Assembly: GCA_016934535.1 (NCBI GenBank)
Contig: JAFGSQ010000062.1
Span: 1 to 36,946 of the forward strand
Direction: 5' to 3'
Origin: a candidate division WOR-3 bacterium
Lineage (GTDB): Bacteria; SDB-A
DNA: 36,946 nt
In this document: one piece after another, positions 25,580-35,900 of the stretch
How the letters are laid out: each line of letters opens with the position of its first letter
How positions within the stretch are numbered: the stretch's first letter is position 1
Position numbers and translations under genes: made by a program
The notes under the pieces: model-generated
Told to the model about the DNA's origin: nothing
The model's database searches: none
Seen by the model: the letters and a program-made list of their open reading frames with translations, nothing else

Positions 25580-27976
25580 TTATTTAGTCGGTTCCCAGGC
25601 CAGGCAAGTCAAATCTATGAAAATGTCTTTCTTTTTCGGAAAAATTTTCTCTCTCACCACCTCAAGTTCCGAAGAATCGAATTTTTTCTGTAAAATCGAA
25701 ATATCATTCTCAAGATCGGTGTTCAGAGATTTTTTTTCGGCCAGTATCTTTTCATAGTTTTCTTTAGCCCTGCCAGCCTCTTTGTTTTTTTTTGTCACTC
25801 TTGAAACGCTTCTCACTGAGGATGCGGCTCTGCTCAAATTTGAAGCGCTGATTCTCCTGCCTCCCAAAAATGCACCGATAAATGTGGAACCGAATGAAAT
25901 CGCCGATTGTGATTTTTGATCAGACACTTCGTCCTTTTTTTTCTCAAATACATGCAATGCCTTTCTTTCTCTTTCTTCAAGCTTAGTCATTTTTGAAGCG
26001 TATTTCGATCTGAGTTTTTCGACTTCTTCGTCTCTTTTTTCACGAAGGTGTTGAATCATTCTTATTCTGAAATCTCTTTCGTCCTCATCGATACCGGACA
26101 CTTCCCCCAGAGTAGGAATTCGTTTTATCTCGGCAAAGACGTTCCTCTGAGCCCAGTCTTTGATTGCTTTTTCCGAAACTGAAAAGAATTTGGCATTAAA
26201 AGCTTCTGGCGGGACACTGGAAAACTCCGCGTCTTCTTTGTACGGTTTGTCATTGAGATCTTTTAAATTCAACTTCATCTCTTTGATAGATTCAATTTCT
26301 GGTCCTTGATTGATATTTGAAAAAGGAGCGACAATAATGCATTTTTTTTCGTGAGTTTCTTCGGATTTTTCCTCTTTAAAAAACAATCTTCCGATCGAAA
26401 GAATTACGGGTCTGTAAACCAATTTGCCTGACTCGGATACGCTTTCGCCGAGCGGAATAAAATACTCTTTTATGCTTTCGGGAATGAACGGTTTGGAGTG
26501 AGCTGAAACTGATTCGACAGAATCGACGGCTGCCGGCTCAGGTAAATTGTCTTCAGTCCTGACAGGAGTTTCTTCCTTCGGCGATAAAATTTTTATCTGT
26601 TCTTTCGTTATCGGACCTCTGAGATACGAAAGCGCCCATCTCGTCTTAAAAAGTTTGGGTTTTTCTTCGTGAATATTTCTCATCAAAAAGACCCTTTTGC
26701 CTATGCCGGATATCAGGTTCGATATCTCGTTTTTTGTCATCTGAAAATCCGAAGCCGAACTTTCAAGACCTTCGAGCAGTTTTTCCTTATCTCTCGCAGT
26801 TTGAAGTTTTCCAATAAACCATGTGCCTATGTTTGACAGACCTTTGTAATCAATGTCCGCGGGATTTTGAGTCGCCAAAACCACTCCCAGGCCGAAAGCG
26901 CGAGCTTGTTTCAGCAAAGACATCAATGGCGGTTTGGACGGAGGATTCGCCACGGGGGGAAAATATCCAAATACCTCGTCCATGTAAAATATTACTCTCA
27001 AACTGGATGTGCCTTCCTGCGATCTGGTCCACTCAAGAAGGCTGGTCAGAAAAAGAGAAACAAAAAACATTCTTTCTGAATCATTGAGATGAGATATCGA
27101 AAAAATACTCACGCGCGGTTTTCCGTTCTGTCCGTACAGATATTTTTCAATTTCCAGAGGGTTGCCTTGCGTCCAAGCGGAAAAAACCGGCGAAGCCAGA
27201 ATGTTGTTGAACTTCATCGACAGTGCAAACCTGTCTTTGGAAGGGAAAAAAGATTCAACACTCACTACGCCGACGTTCGTCATCGGAGGTTTTTGAATGG
27301 ACCTAATAATTGTTTCCAGGCTCATGTCCTCTTTATTACTCCAATAATAATCGAATATGTTTGTTAAAAGAATGTGTTCTCTGCTGTTCAAAGGATCTGC
27401 TTCAATACCGACGAGATTTAAAAGTCCCGTGACCGTGGAATTAATCTTTTCTGCGAGAAATTCACGGTCGGATGCTGTTTTTTCGCCTGGTGCCTGAAAA
27501 GATTTCAGAAAAGAAACCGGATAACCGGCACTGCTTCCCGGCGTATATATTCTGAACTCCGCTGAATCTTTCAAGAGTTTGATTCTTTCAGGATTCTGCC
27601 CCCATTCTGAAATGCCTTTTCTCCAAACGTCCGCCTGCTTTTCAGCAAAATCTTTTTCTGTCATTTGTTCTTTTCTGGCCTCGTCATAATTTATCCAAGG
27701 TAAAAAATCTTCGGTTTTCAAATCGGGAAAAGTGAGTAGAAGATTTGAGATGTCTCCCTTCGGATCGATCACCAGCGCAGGTATGCCGTCAATGGCTGCT
27801 TCTTCAAGCAGCGTCACGCACAATCCTGTTTTCCCGCTTCCTGTCATTCCAAGGCATACGGCATGCGTTACTAAATCTCTTGAATCGTACAGTAAAAAAC
27901 CGTCCGTAGTTTTTTGATTTTTTGTGTCGAATTCTTTTCCCAAATAAAAAAGACCCAACTTTTCAAAATCCTGCAT
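25580..27976 (-). CDS. HerA/FtsK-superfamily (DUF87-like) ATPase with a C-terminal coiled coil
   Basis: Walker A GMTGSGKT, IDPKGD, Walker B FYMDE and ARAFGLGVVLATQNP. GGAG precedes the ATG at 27976. Confidence 0.85.
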   Translation of the reverse strand: MQDFEKLGLFYLGKEFDTKNQKTTDGFLLYDSRDLVTHAVCLGMTGSGKTGLCVTLLEEAAIDGIPALVIDPKGDISNLLLTFPDLKTEDFLPWINYDEARKEQMTEKDFAEKQADVWRKGISEWGQNPERIKLLKDSAEFRIYTPGSSAGYPVSFLKSFQAPGEKTASDREFLAEKINSTVTGLLNLVGIEADPLNSREHILLTNIFDYYWSNKEDMSLETIIRSIQKPPMTNVGVVSVESFFPSKDRFALSMKFNNILASPVFSAWTQGNPLEIEKYLYGQNGKPRVSIFSISHLNDSERMFFVSLFLTSLLEWTRSQEGTSSLRVIFYMDEVFGYFPPVANPPSKPPLMSLLKQARAFGLGVVLATQNPADIDYKGLSNIGTWFIGKLQTARDKEKLLEGLESSASDFQMTKNEISNLISGIGKRVFLMRNIHEEKPKLFKTRWALSYLRGPITKEQIKILSPKEETPVRTEDNLPEPAAVDSVESVSAHSKPFIPESIKEYFIPLGESVSESGKLVYRPVILSIGRLFFKEEKSEETHEKKCIIVAPFSNINQGPEIESIKEMKLNLKDLNDKPYKEDAEFSSVPPEAFNAKFFSVSEKAIKDWAQRNVFAEIKRIPTLGEVSGIDEDERDFRIRMIQHLREKRDEEVEKLRSKYASKMTKLEERERKALHVFEKKKDEVSDQKSQSAISFGSTFIGAFLGGRRISASNLSRAASSVRSVSRVTKKNKEAGRAKENYEKILAEKKSLNTDLENDISILQKKFDSSELEVVREKIFPKKKDIFIDLTCLAWEPTK

Positions 27977-28009
27977 AATAAACTCCATTTTATGAAAACA
28001 TTCAAAAAC

Positions 28010-28018
28010 ATTATATCA
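28010..28018 (-). promoter_or_regulatory. Extended -10 promoter of the HerA-like gene
   Basis: TG-A-TATAAT ending 33 nt upstream of the start codon. Confidence 0.5.
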
Positions 28019-28123
28019 TGCAAAAAGAAAATCCGACTTCTTAACTTTGCACCGAACAAAATCGCATTTGCATAAAAACCGATTGTTTTGTTTAATTATA
28101 TAAACACAAGAAAAGGAGTATCC

Positions 28124-28360
28124 ATGAGATATTTGTACTTGGTTCTAATAATATTGTTTTTTTGTACAATCATCGTGTTCGCTGTTCAAAACAGAGAAAC
28201 CGTGACGCTTTCCTTTCTGGGGTGGAAGACAACTTTGCCTTTGGCTTTTCAGGTCATCATAGTATATTTTCTTGGAATGCTGACCGGTGGAAGCGTCATC
28301 GCGTTTTTAAAAAAATCCTTTGAGGGCTTCAAAAAACCTAAGGACAAACCGGAGAAGTGA
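28124..28360 (+). CDS. LapA/DUF1049-family small membrane protein
   Basis: AAGGAG then ATG 28124; FAVQNxxxVxLSFLGW...LPL motif; two TM helices. Confidence 0.8.
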   Translation: MRYLYLVLIILFFCTIIVFAVQNRETVTLSFLGWKTTLPLAFQVIIVYFLGMLTGGSVIAFLKKSFEGFKKPKDKPEK

Positions 28361-29378
28361 TATACTCTTTCAGAAGCGTCAAAGTATTTTCAATACCCTC
28401 TATGTGAGTTCTTTCGTAGCCATGCGAAGCTGAAACCCCCGGACCAACCAGTCCGTGCCTAATGTCGAATCCGGCACGCAAAGCCGCGTCAGCATCTGAA
28501 CCGTAATAAGGATATATATCAACCGCGTAGTTCAGATTTTTTTCCTTCGCAATTTCCAGCAACTTAGATGTAATTCCGTAATCGTATGGTCCGCTCGAAT
28601 CTTTCGCGCATATCGATACTTTAAATTCGTCGGTCTCGAGGTCATCTCCCACCGCCCCCATATCTACTGAGATCATCTCGACGGTGTCTTCAGGCAATCC
28701 TGAAGAGGCTCCGTGACCAACTTCTTCGAAAGTAGTGAACAGCAAATACACTTTTCTTTCCGGTGTGACTTTTTTTTCTTTGACGTATTTCGCAAGAGCC
28801 AGCAAAATCCCGGTACTCGCTTTATCGTCAAGGTGTCTGCTTTTTATGAAACCGCTCCCGGTTTGCACGGTTCTCGGATCGAAAGTGATAAAATCACCTG
28901 CTTTTATACCCAAAGCGCAAAGATCTTCTTTATTCTTTACTTTTTCGTCTACGACTACTTCAAGATTTGAATCGTCTCTTTTTACTTCTCCGACGTTTCT
29001 GTTGACGTGCACGGATGATTTTATCAATTGAACAGTGCCCGGAAAAGATTTCCCGTTACGTGTGTGAATGGTGCAATTTTCACCCTCGATGAAATTCTCG
29101 GGATATCCTCCTATCTTCGTCAGCCTGAGTCTTCCATTAGGTTTTAAAGCGCGTACCATTGCGCCTAGCGTGTCTATGTGTGCGGCTAAAACGAGAGAGT
29201 CTCCTGAACCGCCAATATTAGTTATAACAGACTTCTTGTTCGTGTAGACTGATTCAAATCCCGTAGCGCTCAATTCGTCGAAAATATACTTTTCTATGTT
29301 TTTCGTGAATCCTGAAGGGCTAGGTATTTTGCACAGTTCAATAATTTTTTTTACTGCGTAATCAGTGTATTCCTTCAA
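28338..29378 (-). CDS. M42-family metallo-aminopeptidase
   Basis: PSPSG, AHIDT, SRHLDDK, FEEVG, VDMG and SHGYERTH; TTG start with GGAGG. Confidence 0.93.
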   Translation of the reverse strand: MKEYTDYAVKKIIELCKIPSPSGFTKNIEKYIFDELSATGFESVYTNKKSVITNIGGSGDSLVLAAHIDTLGAMVRALKPNGRLRLTKIGGYPENFIEGENCTIHTRNGKSFPGTVQLIKSSVHVNRNVGEVKRDDSNLEVVVDEKVKNKEDLCALGIKAGDFITFDPRTVQTGSGFIKSRHLDDKASTGILLALAKYVKEKKVTPERKVYLLFTTFEEVGHGASSGLPEDTVEMISVDMGAVGDDLETDEFKVSICAKDSSGPYDYGITSKLLEIAKEKNLNYAVDIYPYYGSDADAALRAGFDIRHGLVGPGVSASHGYERTHIEGIENTLTLLKEYITSPVCP

Positions 29379-29436
29379 AAAACCTCCCCAAAAAGCAGGT
29401 CATAAAATCGCCGGTTCGAATAGAGAAAACAATGAA

Positions 29437-32400
29437 TCATCTGACTACTATGAATTTGTCTCCTGAATAACTGTTTCCCGAGGTCACTCTGTAAAAATAA
29501 GTTCCGGAAGAAACCAGTTCGCCTCTGTCGTTTCTGCCGTCCCACTCTATGGCGTATCTTCCGGGTGTTTGCTCTCCCTCGTACAATTTTATAACTTCTC
29601 TTCCGGTCAAATCGTAAACAGAAACCTCGACGAACGAAAAACTTCCCAAAGCATAAGAAATCAATATCCTGCCGAACGTCGGATTTGGGTACGCCCTGAA
29701 TACTTCAAAACCTCCGTTATATACCGGTACTTCAGGTTCTTCAGCGCCGGTTAATCCCGATGAAAGCGCAACGGAAACGTCGTCGAAATAATACCCTTCG
29801 GCGTTGTCGACCGGATTTGAGAAAAACAGCCAGCACAAAAGGACATCGCCCTCGTAGTCCAGCACGAAATCCTGTCTCTGCCACGAGGATTGACTGCCGG
29901 TGTATATCGAATCGTACGGAGCGTAAGCCCATTTTCCCGTGTATCCCTGAACCGGATTGACAAGTATCCAAGTTGAACCGGCGTCTGTCGAGATCTGGAC
30001 CTGAACTTTGTCCTTGTTGTCATATATCTCATATTTATGCCAGAAACTTAATTCACTTCCGCGCGATATGGTCAGCGTCGGAGTGACAACCCTGGAATTC
30101 ACTACTGAATTCGCGTAAGTCCATATATTCTCAACACCGCTGTACATCGAATTTACAGGACTGTTCGAAGAATGCTGTGTGACGTGCCAGCAAGAAGGGC
30201 CGGAAAAAGTCCAATCCGCTATGGTTCCTTCGAAATCTTCTGTGAAAGCGTCCCCGATATAGACAGTGAATGTGTCGTAAAAAACATCGAGACTTTCGGT
30301 TTTAAGTTCGAACACCAAATCTATGTATGAAGGTTCGGGGCAATTCTCGGATATTGAAATTGAAAACTGCCTGTATAATTCCACTGTTGATCCCGAATTA
30401 ATGCTTTGAATGTTTTCAGAGGAATCCAGGACGGTCGCATAAGGATTCGAACATCTTAGTTTGACAGCGGGATTGACAGCGTCTGCGCTTCCGTTGTTTC
30501 TGATAACAGGCGTCAGAAGCATGGTGTCGCCCGGACCCGCTGTTTGAGGGCCTTTCAGATATGTAAAATCAATCTCAGGCGAGTTTACTGATATCTCGAA
30601 TGAGCTTTGCCAGGAACTGTCGTTCTGGTCAAAACAGACAAGATCGATGACGAAATTTGTTCCGTCAAAAATGTTGTTGTGAACTTGAAAAGCCGCGCTG
30701 TTCGAAGACGAAGTTGTGTCCAAAGGATTTATGTCGCCGAACATCATAGTGTCGGGAGAAAAGACAATCCCCGTCTCAGAACAGGACAAAACTCCTCTGA
30801 CTCCGTTTGCCGTCTGCGAACCGAAATTCGACACGTTAAGCTTCACTGAATAATTACAGCCTGTATTTATCTGGCCGTTCTGATAACCGCCCTGAAGGGT
30901 TTCTATGCCTGTGAAAGCTATGAAGGACGAAGAACTCGTCACGATTATCGTGTCCAAAAAAGCTCTGCAGTCCTGCGCTGTGACCGTCAAAACTGCGTCC
31001 GTCGCTGATACGAAATTACAATTGATGACGGCGTTTCCTGAGGCATCCGTGAAAGCGCGGTATTTTAAATCCTGATCGTCTTTATCGGACAAACAGCATA
31101 AAGCTCCTGAAACAGGACCTCTTGCGGAAACAACCGACACAGTGTACTGAACCGGTCCGAGGTTGACAACAGGATTATTTGATACGTTCAATCCCGAAGG
31201 TTCCATTGAATAAATGGGAGTCTCAGGGTCCGCGAAAAGGTTCAGTTCAGTGACGCACCAGTGCTCCCCCTGACTCATACCCGGAACCATTCTGTCCTTG
31301 CTCAGACCGTGCGCAGCGCCAATGTTCCAAGTCTGATCTACAAAAATAACTTCCGCGAGCCAAATGCAAAGCCATTCGGAAGGGCCGAAAGAAGGAGGAG
31401 AGCCCCAGCCGTACCTTGCGTTGAACTGAACGGCTATGGCTCCGCCGTTTGCGGCGTTAAAAAGTTTTTCTCCCATACATTCATTGTTGTCGAACCATCC
31501 GGGTTCGCAAGCCATGGAATGTATTACTCCGAGTTTCGAGCCATTCGTAGTCGTCGAAGCGGTTGAACCGTTCAACATTGCGCCTCCCGGTTCGTACCAG
31601 TAAACTCCGTCAATGTTTCCGTGTCCAGCCAACTGACACCAGGCATAACCCTGACTGAATGAATCCGGGAAACCCTGTGGAAAAGACAAAGTGTCAGTCT
31701 GATACATTTTATTGTGCTGCCAGGCGACGGGAAGACAGTTGTCGGTGATGTAATTGCAAACTCTGTTACCGTAATAATTTACATTCGGCCAAAGACCGGC
31801 TCCAGCCATGAGCGATCTTTCATGATAACCGGTTGACGGATTTCTCTCGTACTCAATGACTTTATCAGTCCATCTTTGAACTTCGGAAGCGGAATTGAGT
31901 GGAAACCTGCCAACATATACATCGCTGTACCAGTCACAGCCGTCTCCGCTGTATTCTCCGTATATGTGATTCCCATTGGCGTCCCAGTTCGAAGCGTAAG
32001 GAACAACGTCCGAAAAATACAAGTCGGCAGGCGTATTTTCCGTTGTCGAGTAATTCCTTATGGGGATTATTCTCGCTCCGAGATTGTCGTAATCCCCAGC
32101 CAGAACTAAATAAATGAGACCGTGATTCTGATGCATGTCCTGGATAAAGTTCCTTATTTTTTCCATGTTGTCGTAACCGCTGTAATTGGCATAAATCCAT
32201 TCTGCAGAAACGACTGAAGAAGAAAATCCCTTTCTCGACTTCCATTCCAGAAGTTCATCGAATTCTCCGGCGAGGTTCTGGGGTGTCACTATTATGTATT
32301 CGTTCGCAGAATCCCTGAGTTCCTTTACCAAAGGCCTGAATGCTGCAGCGTCCAAGGGATTTTCGACAATATTTTCCACGTCTCTTATGAAAATCCGTGA

Positions 32401-32952
32401 CTGATTTTCCGTCAGGAAAATATTTTCTCCGAGTCCTTCATCATAATGGATGACGACCTGACAATCGTTGAGAAAATAAAGTTCTCCGGTCACTGGATTA
32501 AACTTGAACGGACACAATTCAAAACCGCATATGGCAAAACCGGATTTGTTGCCGGTTGAAAATCCCCCTATGGTCGCATCCGGCGTAAACGCGTCTTTTG
32601 AATATATTTCGGGATTTTCAGGTACGAAAGTAAAATATTCACCTGCTCTCACGAATCCCTGGGAAGGGAAAATCCTGTAATTGCCAAGGTACAACCAATT
32701 CTCGTCCATTGTTTCAACTTTCCTGACTACAGAACCCGTCGGGATACTGTACTGGAGTTTCAACGCGGGAAGAGAAGGAGATCCTTTTTCAGCCGACACA
32801 AAACCGTCACTCATTTCAATAATACTTCTGCCTTCAATTTCCCTTATCGAATAATCATTATCCCCAAAAAATAGATTGTATTTCAGTACCCCCGAATTAA
32901 TTGAAGAAAACGTCAAAAGGGTTAAAATCGCCGAGGCTAATATCAGTTTCAA
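29437..32952 (-). CDS. Secreted C25 (gingipain-family) cysteine peptidase with Ig-like, adhesin-like beta-sandwich and FlgD-Ig/CTD domains
   Basis: Signal peptide; propeptide (GSPSLP); YLVLAGD, ADLYF, VGRFP; dyad AGHG and SMAC; NLFADP; tail AYPNP...YDLTGR...WDGR...GTYFYR. Confidence 0.9.
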   Translation of the reverse strand: MKLILASAILTLLTFSSINSGVLKYNLFFGDNDYSIREIEGRSIIEMSDGFVSAEKGSPSLPALKLQYSIPTGSVVRKVETMDENWLYLGNYRIFPSQGFVRAGEYFTFVPENPEIYSKDAFTPDATIGGFSTGNKSGFAICGFELCPFKFNPVTGELYFLNDCQVVIHYDEGLGENIFLTENQSRIFIRDVENIVENPLDAAAFRPLVKELRDSANEYIIVTPQNLAGEFDELLEWKSRKGFSSSVVSAEWIYANYSGYDNMEKIRNFIQDMHQNHGLIYLVLAGDYDNLGARIIPIRNYSTTENTPADLYFSDVVPYASNWDANGNHIYGEYSGDGCDWYSDVYVGRFPLNSASEVQRWTDKVIEYERNPSTGYHERSLMAGAGLWPNVNYYGNRVCNYITDNCLPVAWQHNKMYQTDTLSFPQGFPDSFSQGYAWCQLAGHGNIDGVYWYEPGGAMLNGSTASTTTNGSKLGVIHSMACEPGWFDNNECMGEKLFNAANGGAIAVQFNARYGWGSPPSFGPSEWLCIWLAEVIFVDQTWNIGAAHGLSKDRMVPGMSQGEHWCVTELNLFADPETPIYSMEPSGLNVSNNPVVNLGPVQYTVSVVSARGPVSGALCCLSDKDDQDLKYRAFTDASGNAVINCNFVSATDAVLTVTAQDCRAFLDTIIVTSSSSFIAFTGIETLQGGYQNGQINTGCNYSVKLNVSNFGSQTANGVRGVLSCSETGIVFSPDTMMFGDINPLDTTSSSNSAAFQVHNNIFDGTNFVIDLVCFDQNDSSWQSSFEISVNSPEIDFTYLKGPQTAGPGDTMLLTPVIRNNGSADAVNPAVKLRCSNPYATVLDSSENIQSINSGSTVELYRQFSISISENCPEPSYIDLVFELKTESLDVFYDTFTVYIGDAFTEDFEGTIADWTFSGPSCWHVTQHSSNSPVNSMYSGVENIWTYANSVVNSRVVTPTLTISRGSELSFWHKYEIYDNKDKVQVQISTDAGSTWILVNPVQGYTGKWAYAPYDSIYTGSQSSWQRQDFVLDYEGDVLLCWLFFSNPVDNAEGYYFDDVSVALSSGLTGAEEPEVPVYNGGFEVFRAYPNPTFGRILISYALGSFSFVEVSVYDLTGREVIKLYEGEQTPGRYAIEWDGRNDRGELVSSGTYFYRVTSGNSYSGDKFIVVR

Positions 32953-32973
32953 AATTTTCTCCTTGGTAATTGA

Positions 32974-35900
32974 TTATCTGATCAGAATAAGTTTCTCTCC
33001 GGCACTAAAAGATCCTGCTGTCATTCTGTAAAAATACGTCCCGCTTCCGACGAATTGACCGAATTCATCCCTGCCGTCCCATTCGGACCTGTAAGTGCCC
33101 GGCTTCAGGACAGCATCGACTAATGTCCTGACAATTCTTCCTGAAACATCATAAACAGAAACGCTGACCATTGATTCCTCTCCGATGCTGTAAGCTATTA
33201 CCGCGCGGTTTCTCATGGGATTGGGATATATTCTGTTTATAGCAAACACATACGCACGTTCCACCGGAGTCTCTTCTTCTTCGGCACCCACAAATCCCGA
33301 ACCAAGAGACAGAGTTACATCGTCAAAATAATAACCTTCTGCGGATATCGTCGGATTCGAGAAGAAAAGCCATGATAATTTCATCGTACCTTCTCCGTAA
33401 AGCCTTATGTTCTGTTCCTGCCATGCGGTCTGGGAACCGGTGTAAATTGAATCGTAAGGAGCGTAAGCCCAGGCACCCGTATAGCCTTCTTCGGGATTTA
33501 TCAGAGTCCAGATCGTTCCTCCGTCTGTGCTGTATTGAAGCTGAACTTTGTCATAATTGTTGGCCATTTCGTAACGATGCCAAAAGGACAGAACGCTGTT
33601 GCTGACGTAATGAAGATCCGGGGAGATTACTCTTGAATTGGCCACAGAATTCGAATATTGCCATGAGTTTTCGTTGCCGCAATACATGGATTTAACCGGA
33701 CTGTGGCTTGCATGCTCTGTAACGTGCCAGGACGAAGGTCCGGAATGGGACCAGGTTGGCCCTCCCGTCTCAAAATCTTCAGCAAAAGCGACGCCAGCCC
33801 CAATCGTAAATGTGTCTGAAAAAACCATTCCTCCCTGAGAACGGGCAGTCAATATCATTTCCGCAAAACGTCCCTGGGGACACGATGGAGCAACTATAAT
33901 TCTGAAAGCACTGTCCAAAATCACTTCTTCCTGGCTCAACAGACTGTCTATTAAAGCATGCGAATCAGGAACCGAAAAGTAGGAGTCATTAATTTCACAT
34001 GAAAATTCGATTTCATAAGCCGTTCCGGAGCCAGAATTCTTCAGACCGGCAGAAATTCTGAAGTCGTTTCCGGGTTCGATTGTTTCAGGTCCCCCGAGAG
34101 ATGAGACTGAAAGGTCAGGAGAGTTCGACATAACAATTACTTGACTCGTCCATTCAGAATCGTTTGAATCGAAGCATCGAATCTCGAATAACACCGAAGT
34201 GCTGTCAGGGATTGAATTCGATAATAATATTCCCAGGGTCTGCGTTGTCTGGGTTGTGTCCATTGAGTTAATTGAACCGTAATTTACAGTGTCGTTGAGA
34301 ATTGTAACATTTGGGTCGGAACTTGTCAGATACCCCAAAACATTTTGCGCGGTGACCCCGCCCCAATTAGAGACCTGAAGCGTGAGAGAATATGTCTGTC
34401 CGGGATTAAACTGTCCGTTGCTGTTTCCACCCGTCGTGTCACTGATGTGAGAAAAGACTACAAAAGGTAACGAGGCTGGTACGACCATGAGTTTTCTCGT
34501 GTATCTGTAAAAATTCTGAGATATAACGGCTAACTTGATTGTGTCGCCTGCATTTTGAGGTTCTATGGAGTAAAATTCAAGCGATCCGGTCCCTTCTCCC
34601 CTTCCGATCACGTTTGCCCCCCTGGAAAACGCCACAATGCTTCCTGCGGGAGCCTCAACGGCGAAAGAATCAACTCCTGCCAATACTGCGTCAGGGTGTG
34701 TGACTGTGAGATGCTGGGGCACTTCAGAACACATTCTCATGTAAGGGTCGCCAAAATGATGCATGAGATGATAAGTTACCGGTTTTGATGTTGAACCGCA
34801 CCAGCTTGAATAACTAAGATAATATTTGGCATACATCATAGCCCATCCCGGTCTGACGTCAGCTTCACTGCCTGACCCCTGATTGGGATCGAACCAGGGC
34901 CAGAGATAATCATATAATCCCCAAGCGTAGACATCGTTGACAAAAGAATATGATACTTCGGAGGCGGCGTTTACTCCCACTGCGCCTTTTTCCGTGATTC
35001 TGTGAAATCTTTCGGCAAAAACTTCGCTCGAGTTATTGTATTTTCCTGTCAAGCAGTTAGTAGACATCACAAAAGGATATTTATTTGGAAGGTTTTGAAG
35101 CTGATTTATGTTGCTTATATTAAAACCAGGCTCACCCCACCCGTCCACACTTCCGTGATCCCTGTGCTGAAGCATAAAAGCACCAGAGTTGACCGAGTTC
35201 ACTATGTCGGCCGCAGTTCCGTACCAGTTAATTCCGTTAGGCACAGTCATTTCTATATATCCGAGCGCGTTAAAGTAATTTACAACCGTAGAAGTGTATG
35301 CCGCCGAAGACCAAGCCATGCCCGGCGCAGGATTCGGCGCCTGGTAAATCGCGTAAACTCTCACTGGATCTTTCGAAAGCGATTTATCCCAAAATCCCCA
35401 AATTACTTCAGCGCAGAGCTGAAACCATCTTTCGTACTGCCATCCGCAAGCGGATATGGGGTTGTCATAAAAAAGCGCTTCCGTCGTCGGATTTCTTTCG
35501 AGTTCAAAATCCTTTGTTATCATTTCCCTGAGCTGATCTTCATTCTGAGCGCATATTCTGCCTATTGCCATATCTGGCAGATTATCGCCGTCTACATCGG
35601 CGTAAATGTTATCCGAGACGCAATAACTGTTATACATGGGAGAAGTTATCCCGTAATCTTTTCCGCTGGCAGGATAATCCGACAAAATCAGGACGGCTTC
35701 AGGAGGTATTGTCCAGTTGTAGTAGGCGTCGCTTATAAAATTGTCTATTATTGTCGAAGTCGATCCTCCTATGTCAGTCAGTGTGAAAACTTGCGTGATG
35801 ATACCCTCTTCGATTCTGAAATCTCTAATGCTTTCAGCCCAGACAATGAATATCGAATCGTCAGGTACTAAAATAATAAACTCGGCATTATTTTTTGAAT

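Noticed and set aside
28338-28360. Convergent 23-nt overlap of the LapA-like and M42 genes as antisense regulation
   Set aside because: Short tail-to-tail overlaps are common in compact genomes, and there is no further evidence.
29880-33510. Similar DNA segments in the two C25 genes as a DGR template/variable repeat pair
   Set aside because: Differences are mostly synonymous and not adenine-specific, and no reverse transcriptase is present; this is ordinary paralogy.
35002-35871. 289-aa plus-strand ORF
   Set aside because: Lies entirely antisense to the C25 catalytic domain, has no recognisable motifs, and looks like a shadow ORF.
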